Made by a program: the position numbers and the translations under genes | Shown: positions 42,601-56,700 of the stretch, in pieces | How the letters are laid out: every line of letters begins with the position of its first letter | Position numbering within the stretch: the stretch's first letter is position 1 | Notes under the pieces: model-generated | The model's input: the letters and a program-made list of their open reading frames with translations, nothing else | What the model was told of the DNA's origin: nothing | The model's database searches: none | DNA from: Eledone cirrhosa | Lineage: Eukaryota | Reading direction: 5' to 3' | DNA length: 64,000 bases | Assembly (NCBI GenBank): GCA_964016885.1 | Contig: OZ024741.1 | Coordinates: 246,822,001 to 246,886,000 of the forward strand

Positions 42601-44720
42601 AATTATCTACCCCTGATTTTTTTTACAAATTATCTCCCCCTGATTTTTTTTACAAATTATCTCCCCCTGATTTTTTTTTTACAAATTATCTCCCCCTGAT
42701 TTTTTTACAAATTATCTCCCCCTGATTTTTTTTTTACAAATTATCTCCCCCTGATTTTTTTACAAATTATCTCCCCTTGGCTGGCTGGAAATTATCTCCC
42801 CTTGGAGGCTGGAACTTATCTCCCCTTGGACGGCTAGAAATTACCTCTCCTTGGACGGCTGGAAAATATGTCTCCTTGGACGGCTGGATATTATCTCCCC
42901 TTGGACGGCTGGAAATTATCTCCCCTTGGACGGCTGGAAATTATCTCCCCTTGGATGGCTAGATATTACCTCCCCTTGGACGGCTGGAAATTATCTCCCC
43001 TTGATTTTTTTACAAATTATCTCCCCCTGATTTTTTTTTACAAATTATCTCCCCCTGATTTTTTTTTACAAATTATCTACCCATGATTTTTTTTTACAAA
43101 TTATCTCCCCCTGATTTTTTTTACAAATTATCTCCCCCTGATTTTTTTTTACAAATTATCTCCCCCTGATTTTTTTACAAATTATCTCCCTCTGATTTTT
43201 TTTACAAATTATCTCCGCCTGATTTTTTTAAATATTATCTCTCCTTGGCTGGCGGGAAATTATCTCCCCTTGGACGGCTGGAAATTATCTCCCCTTGGAA
43301 GGATGGAAATTATCTCCCCTTGGACGGCTGGAAATTATCTACCCCTGATTTTTTTTACAAATTATCTCCCCCTGATTTTTTTACAAATTATCTCCCCCTG
43401 ATTTTTTTTACAAATTATCTCCGCCTGATTTTTTTAAATGTTATCTCTCCTTGGCTGGCGGGAAATTATCTCCCCTTGGACGGCTGGAAATTATCTCCCC
43501 TTGGAAGGATGGAAATTATCTCCCCTTGGACGGCTGAAAATTATCTACCCCTGATTTTTTTTACAAATTATCTCCCCCTGATTTTTTTTACAAATTATCT
43601 CCCCCTGATTTTTTTTACAAATTATCTACCCCTGATTTTTTTTACAAATTATCTCCCCCTGATTTTTTTTACAAATTATCTCCCCCTGATTTTTTTTTTA
43701 CAAATTATCTCCCCCTGATTTTTTTACAAATTATCTCCCCCTGATTTTTTTTTTACAAATTATCTCCCCCTGATTTTTTTACAAATTATCTCCCCTTGGC
43801 TGGCTGGAAATTATCTCCCCTTGGAGGCTGGAACTTATCTCCCCTTGGACGGCTAGAAATTACCTCTCCTTGGACGGCTGGAAAATATGTCTCCTTGGAC
43901 GGCTGGATATTATCTCCCCTTGGACGGCTGGAAATTATCTCCCCTTGGACGGCTGGAAATTATCTCCCCTTGGATGGCTAGATATTACCTCCCCTTGGAC
44001 GGCTGGAAATTATCTCCCCTTGATTTTTTTTACAAATTATCTCCCCCTGATTTTTTTTTACAAATTATCTCCCCCTGATTTTTTTTTACAAATTATCTCC
44101 CCCTGATTTTTGTTTACAAATTATCTCCGCCTGATTTTTTAAAAAAAATTATCTCCCCTTGGACGGCTGGAAATTATCTCCCCTTGGACGGCTAGAAATT
44201 ACCTCTCCTTGGACGGCTGAAAATTATCTCCCCTTGGACGGCTGGAAATTATCTCCCCTTGATTTTTTTACAAATTATCTCCCCCTGATTTTTTTTTTAC
44301 AAATTATCTCCCCCTGATTTTTTTTTACAAATTATCTACCCCTGATTTTTTTTACAAATTATCTCCCCCTGATTTTTTTTACAAATTATCTCCCCCTGAT
44401 TTTTTTTTACAAATTATCTCCGCCTGATTTTTTTAAATATTATCTCTCCTTGGCTGGCGGGAAATTATCTCCCCTTGGACGGCTGGAAATTATCTCCCCT
44501 TGGAAGGATGGAAATGATCTCCCCTTGGACGGCTGAAAATTATCTACCCCTGATTTTTTTTACAAATTATCTCCCCCTGATTTTTTTTACAAATTATCTC
44601 CCCCTGATTTTTTTTACAAATTATCTACCCCTGATTTTTTCTACAAATTATCTCCCCCTGATTTTTTTTACAAATTATCTCCCCCTGATTTTTTTTTTAC
44701 AAATTATCTCCCCCTGATTT
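27640..44720 (+). repeat. Long paralogue of about 1330-22180 carrying only one copy of the 5,169 bp unit
   Basis: Offsets are 26306 (1425>27731, 2525>28831), 26630/26631 (4276>30906, 9235>35866), 21462 (14404>35866, 17969>39431), 22588 (18960>41548, 21208>43796) and 22535 (21940>44475). Shared rare SNPs are TCCCGTTGGAAGG, AAATCATCTACC, CTGATTATTTT and CTCACCTTGG. Confidence 0.88.
39180..41400 (+). repeat. Local tandem duplication of about 1,099 bp, also present at about 50890-53110
   Basis: Offsets 39431>40530 (1099), 39899>40997 (1098) and 51142>52241 (1099). Confidence 0.8.
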
Positions 44721-47210
44721 TTTTTTACAAATTATCTACCCCTGATTTTTTTTTACAAATTATCTACCCCTGATTTTTTTTTACAAATTATCTCCCCCTG
44801 ATTTTTTTTACAAATTATCTCCCCCTGATTTTTTTTTACAAATTATCTACATCTGATTTTTTTACAAATTATCTCCCCTTGGCTGGCTGGAAATTATCTC
44901 CCCTTGGACGGCTAGAAATTACCTCTCCTTGGACGGCTGAAAATTATCTCCCCTTGGACGGCTGGAAATTATCTCCCCTTGATTTTTTTACAAATTATCT
45001 CCCCCTGATTTTTTTTTACAAATTATCTCCCCCTGATTTTTTTTTACAAATTATCTACCCCTGATTTTTTTTTACAAATTATCTCCCCTTGATTTTTTTT
45101 ACAAATTATCTCCCCCTGATTTTTTTTTACAAATTATCTCCCCCTGATTTTTTTTTAAAAATTATCTCCCCCTGATTTTTGTTTACAAATTATCTACCCC
45201 TGATTTTTTTTTACAAATTATCTCCCCCTGATTTTTTTAAATGTTATCTCTCCTTGGCTGGCGGGAAATTATCTCCCCTTGGACGGCTGGAAATTATCTC
45301 CCCTTGGAAGGATGGAAATTATCTCCCCTTGGACGGCTGAAAATTATCTACCCCTGATTTTTTTTACAAATTATCTCCCCCTGATTTTTTTACAAATTAT
45401 CTCCGCCTGATTTTTTTAAATGTTATCTCTCCTTGGCTGGCGGGAAATTATCTCCCCTTGGACGGCTGGAAATTATCTCCCCTTGGAAGGATGGAAATTA
45501 TCTCCCCTTGGACGGCTGAAAATTATCTACCCCTGATTTTTTTTACAAATTATCTCCCCCTGATTTTTTTTACAAATTATCTCCCCCTGATTTTTTTTAC
45601 AAATTATCTACCCCTGATTTTTTTTACAAATTATCTCCCCCTGATTTTTTTTACAAATTATCTCCCCCTGATTTTTTTTTACAAATTATCTCCCCCTGAT
45701 TTTTTTTTACAAATTATCTCCGCCTGATTTTTTTTACAAATTATCTCCGCCTGATTTTTTTAAATATTATCTCTCCTTGGCTGGCGGGAAATTATCTCCC
45801 CTTGGACGGCTGGAAATTATCTCCCCTTGGAAGGATGGAAATTATCTCCCCTTGGACGGCTGGAAATTATCTACCCCTGATTTTTTTTACAAATTATCTC
45901 CCCCTGATTTTTTTACAAATTATCTCCCCCTGATTTTTTTTACAAATTATCTCCGCCTGATTTTTTTAAATGTTATCTCTCCTTGGCTGGCGGGAAATTA
46001 TCTCCCCTTGGACGGCTGGAAATTATCTCCCCTTGGAAGGATGGAAATTATCTCCCCTTGGACGGCTGAAAATTATCTACCCCTGATTTTTTTTACAAAT
46101 TATCTCCCCCTGATTTTTTTTACAAATTATCTCCCCCTGATTTTTTTTACAAATTATCTACCCCTGATTTTTTCTACAAATTATCTCCCCCTGATTTTTT
46201 TTACAAATTATCTCCCCCTGATTTTTTTTTTACAAATTATCTCCCCCTGATTTTTTTTTACAAATTATCTACCCCTGATTTTTTTTTACAAATTATCTAC
46301 CCCTGATTTTTTTTTACAAATTATCTCCCCCTGATTTTTTTTACAAATTATCTCCCCCTGATTTTTTTTTACAAATTATCTACATCTGATTTTTTTACAA
46401 ATTATCTCCCCTTGGCTGGCTGGAAATTATCTCCCCTTGGACGGCTAGAAATTACCTCTCCTTGGACGGCTGAAAATTATCTCCCCTTGGACGGCTGGAA
46501 ATTATCTCCCCTTGATTTTTTTACAAATTATCTCCCCCTGATTTTTTTTTTACAAATTATCTCCCCCTGATTTTTTTTTACAAATTATCTACCCCTGATT
46601 TTTTTTTACAAATTATCTCCCCTTGATTTTTTTTACAAATTATCTCCCCCTGATTTTTTTTTACAAATTATCTCCACCTGATTTTTTTTTACAAATTATC
46701 TCCCCCTGATTTTTGTTTACAAATTATCTACCCCTGATTTTTTTTTACAAATTATCTCCCCCTGATTTTTTTAAATGTTATCTCTCCTTGGCTGGCGGGA
46801 AATTATCTCCCCTTGGACGGCTGGAAATTATCTCCCCTTGGAAGGATGGAAATTATCTCCCCTTGGACGGCTGAAAATTATCTACCCCTGATTTTTTTTA
46901 CAAATTATCTCCCCCTGATTTTTTTACAAATTATCTCCGCCTGATTTTTTTAAATGTTATCTCTCCTTGGCTGGCGGGAAATTATCTCCCCTTGGACGGC
47001 TGGAAATTATCTCCCCTTGGAAGGATGGAAATTATCTCCCCTTGGACGGCTGAAAATTATCTACCCCTGATTTTTTTTACAAATTATCTCCCCCTGATTT
47101 TTTTTACAAATTATCTCCCCCTGATTTTTTTTACAAATTATCTACCCCTGATTTTTTTTACAAATTATCTCCCCCTGATTTTTTTTACAAATTATCTCCC
47201 CCTGATTTTT
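44450..47210 (+). repeat. Local tandem duplication of about 1,534 bp of an HOR variant lacking the G9 block, also at about 56160-59500
   Basis: Offsets of 1534 at 45458>46992, 57169>58703 and 57488>59022. CTACATCTGA marker near 44847 and 46380. Confidence 0.75.
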
Positions 47211-48753
47211 TTACAAATTATCTCCGCCTGATTTTTTTAAATGTTATCTCTCCTTGGACGGCTGGATATTATCTCCCCTTGGACGGCTGGAAATTATCTC
47301 CCCTTGGACGGCTGGAAATTATCTCACCTTGGATGGCTAGATATTACCTCACCTTGGACGGCTGGAAATTATCTCCCCTTGATTTTTTTTACAAATTATC
47401 TCCCCCTGATTTTTTTTTACAAATTATCTCCCCCTGATTTTTTTTTACAAATTATCTCCCCCTGATTTTTGTTTACAAATTATCTCCGCCTGATTTTTTT
47501 AAAAAAATTATCTCCCCTTGGACGGCTGGAAATTATCTCCCCTTGGACGGCTAGAAATTACCTCCTTGGACGGCTGAAAATTATCTCCCCTTGGACGGCT
47601 GGAAATTATCTCCCCTTGATTTTTTTACAAATTATCTCCCCCTGATTTTTTTTTTACAAATTATCTCCCCCTGATTTTTTTTACAAATTATCTACCCCTG
47701 ATTTTTTTTTACAAATTATCTCCCCCTGATTTTTTTTACAAATTATCTCCCCTGATTTTTTTTTACAAATTATCTCCTCCTGATTTTTTTACAAATTATC
47801 TCCCCCTGATTTTTTTTACAAATTATCTCCGCCTGATTTTTTTAAATATTATCTCTCCTTGGCTGGCGGGAAATTATCTCCCCTTGGACGGCTGGAAATT
47901 ATCTCCCCTTGGAAGGATGGAAATTATCTCCCCTTGGACGGCTGGAAATTATCTACCCCTGATTTTTTTTACAAATTATCTCCCCCTGATTTTTTTACAA
48001 ATTATCTCCCCCTGATTTTTTTTACAAATTATCTCCGCCTGATTTTTTTAAATGTTATCTCTCCTTGGCTGGCGGGAAATTATCTCCCCTTGGACGGCTG
48101 GAAATTATCTCCCCTTGGAAGGATGGAAATTATCTCCCCTTGGACGGCTGGAAATTATGTACCCCTGATTTTTTTTACAAATTATCTCCCCCTGATTTTT
48201 TTTACAAATTATCTCCCCCTGATTTTTTTTTACAAATTATCTACCCCTGATTTTTTTACAAATTATCTCCCCTTGGCTGGCTGGAAATTATCTCCCCTTG
48301 GACGGCTAGAAATTACCTCTCCTTGGACGGCTGAAAATTATCTCCCCTTGGACGGCTGGAAATTATCTCCCCTTGATTTTTTTACAAATTATCTCCCCCT
48401 GATTTTTTTTTTACAAATTATCACCCCCTGATTTTTTTTTACAAATTATCTACCCCTGATTTTTTTTTACAAATTATCTCCCCTTGATTTTTTTTACAAA
48501 TTATCTCCCCCTGATTTTTTTTACAAATTATCTCCCCCTGATTTTTTTTTACAAATTATCTCCCCCTGATTTTTGTTTACAAATTATCTCCGCCTGATTT
48601 TTTTAAAAAAATTATCTCCCCTTGGACGGCTGGAAATTATCTCCCCTTGGACGGCTAGAAATTACCTCTCCTTGGACGGCTGAAAATTATCTCCCCTTGG
48701 ACGGCTGGAAATTATCTCCCCTTGATTTTTTTACAAATTATCTCCGCCTGATT

Positions 48754-50729
48754 TTTTTTTTACAAATTATCTCCCCCTGATTTTTTTTTACAAATTATCT
48801 CCCCCTGATTTTTTTTTACAAATTATCTCCCCCTGATTTTTTTTTACAAATTATCTCCCCCTAATTTTTTTTTACAAATTATCTCCCCCTAATTTTTTTA
48901 CAAATTATCTCCCCTTGGCTGGCTGGAAATTATCTCCCCTTGGAGGCTGGAACTTATCTCCCCTTGGACGGCTAGAAATTACGTCTCCTTGGACGGCTGG
49001 AAAATATGTCTCCTTGGACGGCTGGATATTATCTCCCCTTGGACGGCTGGAAATTATCTCCCCTTGGACGGCTGGAAATTATCTCCCCTTGGATGGCTAG
49101 ATATTACCTCCCCTTGGACGGCTGGAAATTATCTCCCCTTGATTTTTTTTACAAATTATCTCCCCCTGATTTTTTTTTACAAATTATCTCCCCCTGATTT
49201 TTTTTACAAATTATCTCCCCCTGATTTTTGTTTACAAATTATCTCCGCCTGATTTTTTTAAAAAAATTATCTCCCCTTGGACGGCTGGAAATTATCTCCC
49301 CTTGGACGGCTAGAAATTACCTCTCCTTGGACGGCTGAAAATTATCTCCCCTTGGACGGCTGGAAATTATCTCCCCTTGATTTTTTTACAAATTATCTCC
49401 CCCTGATTTTTTTTTACAAATTATCTCCCCCTGATTTTTTTTTACAAATTATCTACCCCTGATTTTTTTTTACAAATTATCTCCCCCTGATTTTTTTTAC
49501 AAATTATCTCCCCCTGATTTTTTTTTACAAATTATCTCCCCCTGATTTTTTTACAAATTATCTCCCTCTGATTTTTTTTACAAATTATCTCCGCCTGATT
49601 TTTTTAAATATTATCTCTCCTTGGCTGGCGGGAAATTATCTCCCCTTGGACGGCTGGAAATTATCTCCCCTTGGAAGGATGGAAATTATCTCCCCTTGGA
49701 CGGCTGGAAATTATCTACCCCTGATTTTTTTTACAAATTATCTCCCCCTGATTTTTTTTTACAAATTATCTCCCCCTGATTTTTTTTTACAAATTATCTC
49801 CCCCTGATTTTTTTTTACAAATTATCTCCCCCTAATTTTTTTTTACAAATTATCTCCCCCTAATTTTTTTACAAATTATCTCCCCTTGGCTGGCTGGAAA
49901 TTATCTCCCCTTGGAGGCTGGAACTTATCTCCCCTTGGACGGCTAGAAATTACGTCTCCTTGGACGGCTGGAAAATATGTCTCCTTGGACGGCTGGATAT
50001 TATCTCCCCTTGGACGGCTGGAAATTATCTCCCCTTGGACGGCTGGAAATTATCTCCCCTTGGATGGCTAGATATTACCTCCCCTTGGACGGCTGGAAAT
50101 TATCTCCCCTTGATTTTTTTTACAAATTATCTCCCCCTGATTTTTTTTTACAAATTATCTCCCCCTGATTTTTTTTACAAATTATCTCCCCCTGATTTTT
50201 GTTTACAAATTATCTCCGCCTGATTTTTTTAAAAAAATTATCTCCCCTTGGACGGCTGGAAATTATCTCCCCTTGGACGGCTAGAAATTACCTCTCCTTG
50301 GACGGCTGAAAATTATCTCCCCTTGGACGGCTGGAAATTATCTCCCCTTGATTTTTTTACAAATTATCTCCCCCTGATTTTTTTTTACAAATTATCTCCC
50401 CCTGATTTTTTTTTACAAATTATCTACCCCTGATTTTTTTTTACAAATTATCTCCCCCTGATTTTTTTTACAAATTATCTCCCCCTGATTTTTTTTTACA
50501 AATTATCTCCCCCTGATTTTTTTACAAATTATCTCCCTCTGATTTTTTTTACAAATTATCTCCGCCTGATTTTTTTAAATATTATCTCTCCTTGGCTGGC
50601 GGGAAATTATCTCCCCTTGGACGGCTGGAAATTATCTCCCCTTGGAAGGATGGAAATTATCTCCCCTTGGACGGCTGGAAATTATCTACCCCTGATTTTT
50701 TTTACAAATTATCTCCCCCTGATTTTTTT
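48754..50729 (+). repeat. Local tandem duplication of 971 bp
   Basis: Offset 971 (48915>49886, 49277>50248). Paired CCCTAA monomers at 48861 and 49832. Confidence 0.87.
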
Positions 50730-53700
50730 ACAAATTATCTCCCCCTGATTTTTTTTACAAATTATCTCCGCCTGATTTTTTTAAATGTTATCTCTCCTTG
50801 GCTGGCGGGAAATTATCTCCCCTTGGACGGCTGGAAATTATCTCCCCTTGGAAGGATGGAAATTATCTCCCCTTGGACGGCTGAAAATTATCTACCCCTG
50901 ATTTTTTTTACAAATTATCTCCCCCTGATTTTTTTACAAATTATCTCCCCCTGATTTTTTTTACAAATTATCTACCCCTGATTTTTTTTACAAATTATCT
51001 CCCCCTGATTTTTTTTACAAATTATCTCCCCCTGATTTTTTTTTTACAAATTATCTCCCCCTGATTTTTTTACAAATTATCTCCCCCTGATTTTTTTTTT
51101 ACAAATTATCTCCCCCTGATTTTTTTACAAATTATCTCCCCTTGGCTGGCTGGAAATTATCTCCCCTTGGAGGCTGGAACTTATCTCCCCTTGGACGGCT
51201 AGAAATTACCTCTCCTTGGACGGCTGGAAAATATGTCTCCTTGGACGGCTGGATATTATCTCCCCTTGGACGGCTGGAAATTATCTCCCCTTGGACGGCT
51301 GGAAATTATCTCCCCTTGGATGGCTAGATATTACCTCCCCTTGGACGGCTGGAAATTATCTCCCCTTGATTTTTTTACAAATTATCTCCCCCTGATTTTT
51401 TTTTACAAATTATCTCCCCCTGATTTTTTTTTACAAATTATCTACCCATGATTTTTTTTTACAAATTATCTCCCCCTGATTTTTTTTACAAATTATCTCC
51501 CCCTGATTTTTTTTTACAAATTATCTCCCCCTGATTTTTTTACAAATTATCTCCCTCTGATTTTTTTTACAAATTATCTCCGCCTGATTTTTTTAAATAT
51601 TATCTCTCCTTGGCTGGCGGGAAATTATCTCCCCTTGGACGGCTGGAAATTATCTCCCCTTGGAAGGATGGAAATTATCTCCCCTTGGACGGCTGGAAAT
51701 TATCTACCCCTGATTTTTTTTACAAATTATCTCCCCCTGATTTTTTTACAAATTATCTCCCCCTGATTTTTTTTACAAATTATCTCCGCCTGATTTTTTT
51801 AAATGTTATCTCTCCTTGGCTGGCGGGAAATTATCTCCCCTTGGACGGCTGGAAATTATCTCCCCTTGGAAGGATGGAAATTATCTCCCCTTGGACGGCT
51901 GAAAATTATCTACCCCTGATTTTTTTTACAAATTATCTCCCCCTGATTTTTTTTACAAATTATCTCCCCCTGATTTTTTTTACAAATTATCTACCCCTGA
52001 TTTTTTTTACAAATTATCTCCCCCTGATTTTTTTACAAATTATCTCCCCCTGATTTTTTTTACAAATTATCTACCCCTGATTTTTTTTACAAATTATCTC
52101 CCCCTGATTTTTTTTACAAATTATCTCCCCCTGATTTTTTTTTTACAAATTATCTCCCCCTGATTTTTTTACAAATTATCTCCCCCTGATTTTTTTTTTA
52201 CAAATTATCTCCCCCTGATTTTTTTACAAATTATCTCCCCTTGGCTGGCTGGAAATTATCTCCCCTTGGAGGCTGGAACTTATCTCCCCTTGGACGGCTA
52301 GAAATTACCTCTCCTTGGACGGCTGGAAAATATGTCTCCTTGGACGGCTGGATATTATCTCCCCTTGGACGGCTGGAAATTATCTCCCCTTGGACGGCTG
52401 GAAATTATCTCCCCTTGGATGGCTAGATATTACCTCCCCTTGGACGGCTGGAAATTATCTCCCCTTGATTTTTTTACAAATTATCTCCCCCTGATTTTTT
52501 TTTACAAATTATCTCCCCCTGATTTTTTTTTACAAATTATCTACCCATGATTTTTTTTTACAAATTATCTCCCCCTGATTTTTTTTACAAATTATCTCCC
52601 CTGATTTTTTTTTACAAATTATCTCCCCCTGATTTTTTTACAAATTATCTCCCTCTGATTTTTTTTACAAATTATCTCCGCCTGATTTTTTTAAATATTA
52701 TCTCTCCTTGGCTGGCGGGAAATTATCTCCCCTTGGACGGCTGGAAATTATCTCCCCTTGGAAGGATGGAAATTATCTCCCCTTGGACGGCTGGAAATTA
52801 TCTACCCCTGATTTTTTTTACAAATTATCTCCCCCTGATTTTTTTACAAATTATCTCCCCCTGATTTTTTTTACAAATTATCTCCGCCTGATTTTTTTAA
52901 ATGTTATCTCTCCTTGGCTGGCGGGAAATTATCTCCCCTTGGACGGCTGGAAATTATCTCCCCTTGGAAGGATGGAAATTATCTCCCCTTGGACGGCTGA
53001 AAATTATCTACCCCTGATTTTTTTTACAAATTATCTCCCCCTGATTTTTTTTACAAATTATCTCCCCCTGATTTTTTTTACAAATTATCTACCCCTGATT
53101 TTTTTTACAAATTATCTCCCCCTGATTTTTTTTACAAATTATCTCCCCCTGATTTTTTTTTTACAAATTATCTCCCCCTGATTTTTTTACAAATTATCTC
53201 CCCCTGATTTTTTTTTTACAAATTATCTCCCCCTGATTTTTTTACAAATTATCTCCCCTTGGCTGGCTGGAAATTATCTCCCCTTGGAGGCTGGAACTTA
53301 TCTCCCCTTGGACGGCTAGAAATTACCTCTCCTTGGACGGCTGGAAAATATGTCTCCTTGGACGGCTGGATATTATCTCCCCTTGGACGGCTGGAAATTA
53401 TCTCCCCTTGGACGGCTGGAAATTATCTCCCCTTGGATGGCTAGATATTACCTCCCCTTGGACGGCTGGAAATTATCTCCCCTTGATTTTTTTTACAAAT
53501 TATCTCCCCCTGATTTTTTTTTACAAATTATCTCCCCCTGATTTTTTTTTACAAATTATCTCCCCCTGATTTTTGTTTACAAATTATCTCCGCCTGATTT
53601 TTTAAAAAAAATTATCTCCCCTTGGACGGCTGGAAATTATCTCCCCTTGGACGGCTAGAAATTACCTCTCCTTGGACGGCTGAAAATTATCTCCCCTTGG

Positions 53701-56700
53701 ACGGCTGGAAATTATCTCCCCTTGATTTTTTTACAAATTATCTCCCCCTGATTTTTTTTTACAAATTATCTACCCCTGATTTTTTTTTACAAATTATCTC
53801 CCCCTGATTTTTTTTACAAATTATCTCCCCCTGATTTTTTTTTACAAATTATCTCCCCCTGATTTTTTTACAAATTATCTCCCTCTGATTTTTTTTACAA
53901 ATTATCTCCGCCTGATTTTTTTAAATATTATCTCTCCTTGGCTGGCGGGAAATTATCTCCCCTTGGACGGCTGGAAATTATCTCCCCTTGGAAGGATGGA
54001 AATTATCTCCCCTTGGACGGCTGGAAATTATCTACCCCTGATTTTTTTTACAAATTATCTCCCCCTGATTTTTTTACAAATTATCTCCCCCTGATTTTTT
54101 TTACAAATTATCTCCGCCTGATTTTTTTAAATGTTATCTCTCCTTGGCTGGCGGGAAATTATCTCCCCTTGGACGGCTGGAAATTATCTCCCCTTGGAAG
54201 GATGGAAATTATCTCCCCTTGGACGGCTGAAAATTATCTACCCCTGATTTTTTTTACAAATTATCTCCCCCTGATTTTTTTACAAATTATCTCCCCCTGA
54301 TTTTTTTTACAAATTATCTACCCCTGATTTTTTTTACAAATTATCTCCCCCTGATTTTTTTTACAAATTATCTCCCCCTGATTTTTTTTTTACAAATTAT
54401 CTCCCCCTGATTTTTTTACAAATTATCTCCCCCTGATTTTTTTTTTACAAATTATCTCCCCCTGATTTTTTTACAAATTATCTCCCCTTGGCTGGCTGGA
54501 AATTATCTCCCCTTGGAGGCTGGAACTTATCTCCCCTTGGACGGCTAGAAATTACCTCTCCTTGGACGGCTGGAAAATATGTCTCCTTGGACGGCTGGAT
54601 ATTATCTCCCCTTGGACGGCTGGAAATTATCTCCCCTTGGACGGCTGGAAATTATCTCCCCTTGGATGGCTAGATATTACCTCCCCTTGGACGGCTGGAA
54701 ATTATCTCCCCTTGATTTTTTTACAAATTATCTCCCCCTGATTTTTTTTTACAAATTATCTCCCCCTGATTTTTTTTTACAAATTATCTACCCATGATTT
54801 TTTTTTACAAATTATCTCCCCCTGATTTTTTTTACAAATTATCTCCCCCTGATTTTTTTTTACAAATTATCTCCCCCTGATTTTTTTACAAATTATCTCC
54901 CTCTGATTTTTTTTACAAATTATCTCCGCCTGATTTTTTTAAATATTATCTCTCCTTGGCTGGCGGGAAATTATCTCCCCTTGGACGGCTGGAAATTATC
55001 TCCCCTTGGAAGGATGGAAATTATCTCCCCTTGGACGGCTGGAAATTATCTACCCCTGATTTTTTTTACAAATTATCTCCCCCTGATTTTTTTACAAATT
55101 ATCTCCCCCTGATTTTTTTTACAAATTATCTCCGCCTGATTTTTTTAAATGTTATCTCTCCTTGGCTGGCGGGAAATTATCTCCCCTTGGACGGCTGGAA
55201 ATTATCTCCCCTTGGAAGGATGGAAATTATCTCCCCTTGGACGGCTGAAAATTATCTACCCCTGATTTTTTTTACAAATTATCTCCCCCTGATTTTTTTT
55301 ACAAATTATCTCCCCCTGATTTTTTTTACAAATTATCTACCCCTGATTTTTTTTACAAATTATCTCCCCCTGATTTTTTTTACAAATTATCTCCCCCTGA
55401 TTTTTTTTTTACAAATTATCTCCCCCTGATTTTTTTACAAATTATCTCCCCCTGATTTTTTTTTTACAAATTATCTCCCCCTGATTTTTTTACAAATTAT
55501 CTCCCCTTGGCTGGCTGGAAATTATCTCCCCTTGGAGGCTGGAACTTATCTCCCCTTGGACGGCTAGAAATTACCTCTCCTTGGACGGCTGGAAAATATG
55601 TCTCCTTGGACGGCTGGATATTATCTCCCCTTGGACGGCTGGAAATTATCTCCCCTTGGACGGCTGGAAATTATCTCCCCTTGGATGGCTAGATATTACC
55701 TCCCCTTGGACGGCTGGAAATTATCTCCCCTTGATTTTTTTTACAAATTATCTCCCCCTGATTTTTTTTTACAAATTATCTCCCCCTGATTTTTTTTTAC
55801 AAATTATCTCCCCCTGATTTTTGTTTACAAATTATCTCCGCCTGATTTTTTAAAAAAAATTATCTCCCCTTGGACGGCTGGAAATTATCTCCCCTTGGAC
55901 GGCTAGAAATTACCTCTCCTTGGACGGCTGAAAATTATCTCCCCTTGGACGGCTGGAAATTATCTCCCCTTGATTTTTTTACAAATTATCTCCCCCTGAT
56001 TTTTTTTTTACAAATTATCTCCCCCTGATTTTTTTTTACAAATTATCTACCCCTGATTTTTTTTACAAATTATCTCCCCCTGATTTTTTTTACAAATTAT
56101 CTCCCCCTGATTTTTTTTTACAAATTATCTCCGCCTGATTTTTTTAAATATTATCTCTCCTTGGCTGGCGGGAAATTATCTCCCCTTGGACGGCTGGAAA
56201 TTATCTCCCCTTGGAAGGATGGAAATGATCTCCCCTTGGACGGCTGAAAATTATCTACCCCTGATTTTTTTTACAAATTATCTCCCCCTGATTTTTTTTA
56301 CAAATTATCTCCCCCTGATTTTTTTTACAAATTATCTACCCCTGATTTTTTCTACAAATTATCTCCCCCTGATTTTTTTTACAAATTATCTCCCCCTGAT
56401 TTTTTTTTTACAAATTATCTCCCCCTGATTTTTTTTTACAAATTATCTACCCCTGATTTTTTTTTACAAATTATCTACCCCTGATTTTTTTTTACAAATT
56501 ATCTCCCCCTGATTTTTTTTACAAATTATCTCCCCCTGATTTTTTTTTACAAATTATCTACATCTGATTTTTTTACAAATTATCTCCCCTTGGCTGGCTG
56601 GAAATTATCTCCCCTTGGACGGCTAGAAATTACCTCTCCTTGGACGGCTGAAAATTATCTCCCCTTGGACGGCTGGAAATTATCTCCCCTTGATTTTTTT

